64,000 bases of DNA from Eledone cirrhosa (taxonomy: Eukaryota): contig OZ024742.1 in NCBI GenBank assembly GCA_964016885.1, positions 258,292,001 to 258,356,000 of the forward strand, in the 5' to 3' direction. The position numbers and the translations under genes are program-made. Every line of letters starts with the position of its first letter. Position 1 is the first letter of the stretch. Below the pieces are notes generated by a model. The model was not told the DNA's origin. It was given only the letters and a program-made list of their open reading frames with translations, and made no database searches. Below, one piece after another: positions 56,122 through 64,000 of this stretch.

Positions 56122-56917
56122 TATTTATTTATTTATATACATATATATATATATGGGTGGGTGGCATGTTTTATTATATGTGCATATGAATATCTGCACG
56201 TGTTTGTGTGTGTAGATTTAATTTTTTTAGTTTTCGTTGTGTTCCTCCCATGTGGGCGTTCTCTAAATCCCCCACATTACACGGATATTTGATACTTGTT
56301 AAAAGCTTTGTTTATTCTTTATTAACGTAAATTTTTGAAGACATTTGAGAATAATAATAATCCCACAAAGATCGGCATCAAACAGTAATAGATGCAAAAC
56401 GAAAATTATCTGATGCTTCTAGAGTTAAGATTTAACATTCATTGTTAGTTTTAAATTGTAAGTGAATTGATTTTCTGAAGCAATTTGATAAACATCAATT
56501 CAAACTAAAATCGATATATTCTCAAAAAAGTTTGTTGTTACTTTTATTGGTTTCTTGTTTTAAATGTTTGTTTGGTTTTTGTATTGTTTTATTTCAAGTT
56601 CAAATATTATCCATTGACTTCAGTGAGCAAACTTGATTCAATTTGAATATGTAACATGTCGATAACCGAATGACATGCATTTACCATTTGATCAGCTGTT
56701 TTATACGCTTTTATATTGTACTCCCCAAAACCTGTAGCAAAATGACGACTCTTTAATTAAGCTAACTATTCATCCGCAAAGATTATAAGAAATAACATTG
56801 CAGAAATTAATTGGATGGAAAACTCATGTTCTTGCTGTTAGCCATGTAATTAAATTTTACTTGTATGTTACCTTTACCTATTGTTGTGCTACTTCATGTA
56901 TATTTATATTTATTTTA

Positions 56918-57010
<93 letters not shown>

Positions 57011-57029
57011 GTGTGTGTGTGTATATATA

Positions 57030-57067
<38 letters not shown>

Positions 57068-57092
57068 CATTATATGTATGTATATATATATT

Positions 57093-57174
<82 letters not shown>

Positions 57175-57590
57175 CATATATATATATATATGTGTGTGTG
57201 TGTCTATACGCACGTGTGTATGTATGGGTGTGTTTGTACTGGGATGTTTTATTTTTTATCTTATCCATTTGTGACACACTAACAAATTACACGTGGAACA
57301 AAATCCTGTACTAAATACATTTATAAAGGTCGTAAATTATATGTTTCTTCCGTTTCCCAGTTAAAACTATATATACATATGTAAACATGATAAGAAAATA
57401 ACCAAAAATTATTGGTGAATACACACCTCACCCTTTCATTCATTCTATCGTTTTATTTCACTTTCTACATACAAATCATACATATATACGTACATGCATA
57501 AAGCATACATACATACATACATGCATACATACATACATACATACATACATACATACATACATACATACATACATACATACATACATACAT

Positions 57591-60500
57591 AAGACAGTCA
57601 ACGCGATCAGTCGCATATTTTGGCGTGGGAGACTTTATTAAATTTAACATGAATACTATCTCCGACAGTAATGCCACAACTACAGTCAGGTTGAATAACT
57701 GGTTATTCTTCTAACTATCCCTTCTGAAGACACATTTTATTCGAATTCGTAGAGATATCCGACTAAATACATAATTCATTTTACAAGGATTTGCTACAAA
57801 CAGCATGGCTGAACACAACATCAACAACAAAATTAAGGAAGTATCGAAGACAAATAACAAGGAAGGTAATCAAACTTTATTCAGTTGTAGCTACAGAAGA
57901 AACCGAAATTATAAATCGCATTTCTCTTGGAGTTGCGAACTTAATAATGATTTATTTAATTGATATAAAATGGCAAAAAAAAATCCCTCCATTGGCTATA
58001 TGAATAGAATGAAGCTACACTGGGATGAAATGCACCCAGAGCTAAATTGTCTCACAGCGAAACAATTACGTCAACAAGCGACATTTGTTGAACGTAAAAA
58101 TAAGATAAATATTATTAATTGTAAGTCCCCAACAACAAACATGTTATCAAGAACACTTGTTACAGGTCGCCATTCTACTAGACTTCCTAGCAGCCAGGTC
58201 GAACAGCGCCTTGAAACAACTATGCCTGTAAGAAACTTGAAACCACCTGTACCATCTAAGTCTACCTCGAATGCTGGGGAAAACATAATAATCGAATAAA
58301 TGTGACACCACGTGTACCAGCCGAGTCTACCTCGACTGTTGTGGAAAATACTATAGATAATTATAATCAAAAGTATAAACAATTGAACATTTCCCTCAAC
58401 GAAATCTTCCAGAGAGAAATTAACTCATGTATAAATATATCTCTTGCTGAACGTGTTAAAACGACAATGGTGAATAAAAAACCAAATAATGAAATACTAC
58501 GTGTTATTGACGAAACAGGGGATGAATATTTACGACGGATAAAACCCCAACATTTTGGTAAATCAACGCCTGTTTATATGCCCTAACAACGACAGTGAAG
58601 CATTATCTTGGTGATAGCAGAGATATTAACAGGAACAAAACACCACCAAGAATACCATAATATATAACTAAAATAGAAAAAAAGAGTGCTGACCTACGAA
58701 AAAACGTAGGATATGTGACAATGATCGTTACATGCAAAAAAACAAAAAAACCTCACTCCTCACCAACAAAGAGTGAAAAATAAAATAGAGACGATGTTTG
58801 GTAACAGTAGAACCAGAACTCTCCAATATAAGCTGATCACCCTCAAACAAGAATTGAGAGCTGTTAGCAAAAAACGCCGATACCTGAAGAAGGTAGAGAA
58901 AAGTGCTTAATAAAAGATTCAGACGAAACCAAACATCAGTCTATAGAGATATGAAGGGCAAAATAATAAGTGTCACTGAGGCCCCATCCCAGAAAGACAT
59001 AGATTCCTTTTGGAGAAAAATATGGGGTGAAAAGAAGAATTTCAACCAAGATGCAGTGTGGCTGAGAGAAATCCGAAAGAACTATTGCTCCTACACTACA
59101 ACAAAAACATACGAAATAAATGAGGGTACACCTGAGACTGTGATAGGAAAACTCCAAGATAAGAAAACACCAGGAAGAGACATGATTGTCGGCTACTGGT
59201 ACAAAAAAACTAATATTCTATCGGAGGTATCTTACTGACCTCTACCAACAAGTTCTTAAGGGAGATACACTTATACCAGAATGTTTGACATTAGCACAAA
59301 CGTTACTGGTCCCCAAGAATAAAGACACCCACTTGGCAAAAAAATACCGACCCATTGCATGCCAGAACCTTATGTATAAGATGTATACAGTCTGCCTGAA
59401 CATATTCCTCCAAGATCACTGTGAAAATAATAACATCATCACAGATGAACAAGCAGCTGGAAAGAAAGGGGTTTGGGGATGTGATGAACAACTCCTAATC
59501 AACACAACTGCGATGTCTGAGGTGCGACAACTTAGGAGGAATATGACAACAGTCTGGCTGGACTACAGGAAAGCTTTCGAATCTGTTCCCTACTCTTGGA
59601 TGATAGAGGCCCTCCAACTTGCTAAAGTCCCAGACATTATTGTCAGAGCCATAGAGAGGCTGTCTTCTTCTTGGGCTACTATCCTAAGGTTAAAGACGGA
59701 GAGGGAAGACCCTATTTTAACTGATAAAATAAAATAGTGCAGGGGTATATTTCAGGGGGACAGTCTCTCTGTGATATTATTCATCTTGTCATTAAACCCC
59801 TTGTCCTTTCTGCTCAAGAAATGTGAGGGATACATCATTGGCTCACAGAAGGACAGAAATACGAACCTAACCCATAATTTATTTGAGGACGATCTGAAAC
59901 TCTATGCCAAGAACATGGATGGGATGAAGAAAAATGTTGACCTGGTTACAACGTTCTCAAAGGATATAGGAATGGAGTTTGGCCAAGATAAATGCTCATA
60001 CATGACTGTAAAGCGGGGAAAAACAACAACGCAATCTAGCAACATTGTCATCAATGGTCTAACTGTTTCACCGATATCTGATGAGGACTGCTACAGATAC
60101 CTGGGGATAGATGAGAACATATCCTATAATGGTATCTGTAATAAAGAACACGTAACCTGGGAATACTTCACCCGATTAAGAAAGATCTGGTCATCGGAAC
60201 TCTCTGCGCAAAACAGTGGCTCACAATGTGTTTGCTGTGCCTGTCCTAACACCAACGTTTGGAATACTCAATTGGACGATAGACGAAATCCGAGCAGTTG
60301 ATGTTGGAACTCGAAAAATACTAAACAACACCGGAAACTTCCACATCAACAGTGACATAGACCGCCTTTACTTGAAACGTAAGCAGGGATGCAGAGGCCT
60401 AACAATAGTCCAGACAGCATTTGACTGTCGCATCATATCTCTCCGACAACAACTACGAAACTCGAAGCGTAGGAGCCCGTTTCTCGAGCAAGTCTATTTG

Positions 60501-61673
60501 CATGAAACAGATAAGATCATGAGAGTTGGGAAGAAAATCTTTGAGAGATATTCCCTGTGTGATAATCAATAACTCACACCTAGGGATGTCGCTCATCAAT
60601 ATCGCGAGTGAATCCATGGATGAAAAACTGCATGCCTATCAGCAAAAAATCATGCATGGATATGTTGCCAGGAAATCCAGAGTGAGAGTAATATAGATAA
60701 GGAAAGTAGTCTATCTTGGACCAACAACCGCTATATTGGCTTCCACTTTGAAGGATACGCTTATGCAATCCAGGAACAGGAGATTAGCACGAAATACCTG
60801 ATTCACAAAAGAGATAGGGATGCAGGCAAAACACCTAGATGTGATAACAAGTGCTGACTCTGCAGAACTAACATCGAGGATATCACCCATGTCATCAGCA
60901 GCTGTCCAAAATGTCATCGCGGTACTATCTACCTATGAGGCATGATGTAGTGGCCAAAACACTTTACACTCCAGTTCGTAAAAAAGATAGCCCCGATAAT
61001 AAACACATTAAACGCTACAACAATGTGGAAGACATCTATGTACATAATATGAAAGAGTACTGGTGGAATGTTCCAGTAAAAACCCCAATAAAATGCAGGC
61101 ATAACAGACCAGATATTATGATATGGGACAGGGAGAAGAAAACATGCACAGTAGTGGAAATTAGCTGCCCCGAAGATGCCAATTTAATGTCAAAGATTAG
61201 TGAAAAGGAGAATATTTATGCAGAACTGATGAGAAATCTGCAGATACTCCACCCTGATTACACCTTCAGATTTAATTCCTGTGATTATTGGGGCACTGGG
61301 ATATGTTAGTAACTGCCTCAATACAAATCTTGAGAAGCTAGGCTTCACAGGAACAGAAAGAACACAACTAGTTAGGAAATGACAAGTACAATCCATTAAT
61401 GGAACAATAAAAATATGTAAAACATTCCAAAAATGTTGCATCTAATAACTGCATATACACATGTACAGATGCAAAGCATATAAACATGCACACATACAAC
61501 TCAAAACATCCACATCCACACAGTCAATAAAATCCATATCTACACATGCATGCATACATACATATTTTTCTAGTTGATGTTGTGTAAATTCCAATGAGAG
61601 AGTCTTGTGTCTATGTTAGAAACCGACTCTCTATCTATTGGCAAAACTTTGTGAAATTATAAAACCAGAATAA
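57591..61673 (+). mobile_element. R4/Dong-like non-LTR retrotransposon (RLE type), apparently full length but decayed
   Basis: Single disrupted ORF with RT, CCHC and PD..E endonuclease; (CATA)n upstream and CATACATAC downstream. Confidence 0.88.
57806..61445 (+). pseudogene. R4/Dong RT + zinc knuckle + restriction-like endonuclease, frameshifted
   Basis: GYMNRMKLHW, YRPIAC, WLDYRKAFESVP, GIFQGDSLS, LFEDDLKLY, C..C..HVISSC..RHD, NRPDIMIWD..VEISCP..EK..Y. Confidence 0.88.
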
Positions 61674-62169
61674 CATACATACAGTAATACTTACATTCTT
61701 ACATGCATAGATAGGACCATCTAAAACTGGTAAGACCATTATTCAACTTTAAATCGTTCTTATAGTTGAAATGTTATAAAATGAAAACTTTACATTAAGC
61801 CGTGTATAAGTCTCGGGGTAGGGAATTACGAATCAAGATTCTAATACAGGCCAAATAACTTCGAATCCCACTTATGAAACATGTCACAAGGCTCTCGAGC
61901 TACCCGAAATCGAATGTCCTGACCAAGTCCAAAATGTAGAGCGAGTGACAAATATCATGCAACCTCTGCTTCGAAGAAACCATGATGTACTCTTCTCAAA
62001 TGAAGTGGGTTAACAAGGGACCTGTTCAGGCCTTAAGTAAAACGGCTTGTTCGAAACATAATTTGCAGTCTCCATGTTGTCAAAACTGTCGATGGGGATT
62101 AGACCTGCTTTGAGAGACGTGGGAGCATCGCGCATCACATTGGCTGCGTTCGCAGATACCACAAAAATG

Positions 62170-62500
62170 TTTTGGAAAGGAGGAAACCTTGACAATTGGA
62201 ATCTGGAACATCACAATCCTTACATGCAGTGGAAACAAGTGGAGGAGGCTTTTTGATACTATAGTCGGTGTTTCCTATGCAAGGTTCCGTGGCTCTTGTA
62301 CTCTAGATTTGGATGAAAGATGGAAACACCGCTGTGTAGGTGTGGCACCAGAAATGACTGTACATGCGATCGTGCGAATATTCCCAATCCCCCCCCCCCC
62401 GGCTGTCAGAATGTGTTATGGACTGGATACCATTAGGAGGGAGGATTTGCATCATGATGCTTACGCTGAAACTTATGTAGATGGTGTAACTAGGATTCCG
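62170..62500 (+). mobile_element. RTE APE endonuclease N-terminal fragment
   Basis: LTIGIWNIT.L..IVGVS..RGS.TLDLDERWK..GV. Confidence 0.65.
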
Positions 62501-62587
62501 AATACATATCCTTCCTTGATGAAGACACTGAAATGTTAGATGAAGTTATGTGTATATAGATACTTACATCTACACACACACACACAT

Positions 62588-62674
<87 letters not shown>

Positions 62675-63369
62675 CACACACACACACACACACACACAGA
62701 CACACACATATACACACACACGCACACATACACACACTCACTTACATGTATACATACACTCACACATTACCCTGCCCCGTCTCCGGATTTGACACTCTGT
62801 TATTTCGTCCTTCCATCCGGATTCCTCAATCCACACACACACAATATATACACACCAATACACATACATGAACATAGACACGCACAGACATATACACCAT
62901 TCCCCGCCACACACTACACACACAATATTACACACTAATACACTAATGCATAACATTCATATACACAGCAGTCACTCGTCTGTACTCACATTTAACAAAC
63001 GTTCACACACACTCGCTTCTATTCAGACACACATATTGACATCCACATATACAAGCACATTCACATCTACACATACACACATACCTTACCACCATGCCCA
63101 CCATCCACACATACACACATACCTTACCACCCATGCCCACCATCCACACATACACACATACCTTACCACCCATCCCCATCATCCACACACACCTTACCAC
63201 CCATGCCCACCATCCACCCCGGACCTCTACCACTCTCTATATTTTTTTAAACTATTTTTATTTATATATATTTCTAATTTTATTGTTCTCTTTATATTGT
63301 GTTCTTTTCTATTTAACTTCCCCCATTAAAACCCTTCTTACTCCCGCCCCTTATTAGCACTATCTTGAT

Positions 63370-63471
63370 CAAGGACATATGTCCGAAACGTTGAAACCTG
63401 CTCCACTTCCACCAAGTCTGAAGCTAATATAACCGTGTACAATTGCGCCCCGTGGTTTGTTCGTTCATATC

Positions 63472-63473
<2 letters not shown>
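63370..63473 (+). mobile_element. Degenerate PLE-like 3' end with HHR remnant
   Basis: TTGATCA-a-ggac atat gtcc-GAAA-cg followed by short unique sequence and (TA)n. Confidence 0.45.
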
Positions 63474-63525
<52 letters not shown>

Positions 63526-64000
63526 ATATGGGTGAGAAGAAAACTGCTGGTTGCACATAGATAACATGTTATAAAATGAGTCCCTCATCAGTGATTTACC
63601 AAACGATCATGGGTATTTCATCGCATTAAAAATCATAAACCTCACGTTGGAGCGATAATAACTAAAATAAGTTATTAGGACAATAGAAACGCGTAAAGCG
63701 AGTGAGACAAGTAAACAACACAGGGGGAAGCTAACCGAAGATGGAAATAAACACAAGCAACATAGTTATTCTTTCTGCATAAGCTGTGTGAATATATGAG
63801 CGAGTCAGAAAACAGACCTTTCGCTAGTGAATCCGGTGTTAGAAAGAATGAAAACCGTTTTCCCAGCGAACGGGAGGAAGAAAGAAGGGGAGAAACAGGG
63901 ACTGAGTGAGTGGGAGTGCGAGGAAGAGGTCAGTAGAGAGAAAGAGTTAACTGACATGGCAGAGGGGACGAAAGAAAGTAAGAGAAACAGAGAGAACGAG

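Overview
AT-rich, microsatellite-saturated eukaryotic DNA. The SINE, RTE and microsatellite content is consistent with a cephalopod (Octopus-like) genome; this is inference. No intact host gene is visible, and most listed ORFs are (TA)n/(CA)n artefacts. The window is dominated by Penelope-like retroelements (PLEs) sitting in (TA)n tracts. These include one near full-length Naiad-like RT+GIY-YIG element with ~900-bp inverted ends (10120-14598), a second PLE lineage (27569-29460, 46577-47810), and many non-coding derivatives. The derivatives share one architecture: (TA)n - inverted arm - arm - asymmetric 40-100 bp tail - (TA)n, with arms from 18 to ~900 bp that end at a family-fixed nucleotide. 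About 20 type I hammerhead ribozyme (HHR) motifs occur, several in tandem 310-467 bp units or as direct repeats. Otherwise unrelated families carry GAGTRC 24-26 nt past the fixed end. Also present: a decayed R4/Dong-like LINE in (CATA)n, RTE fragments, Helitron derivatives, tRNA-SINEs, a Tc1/pogo-like MITE, minisatellites, and probable decayed exons of an acid-sphingomyelinase-like gene and a CAP-domain gene. All family and motif assignments were made by eye.
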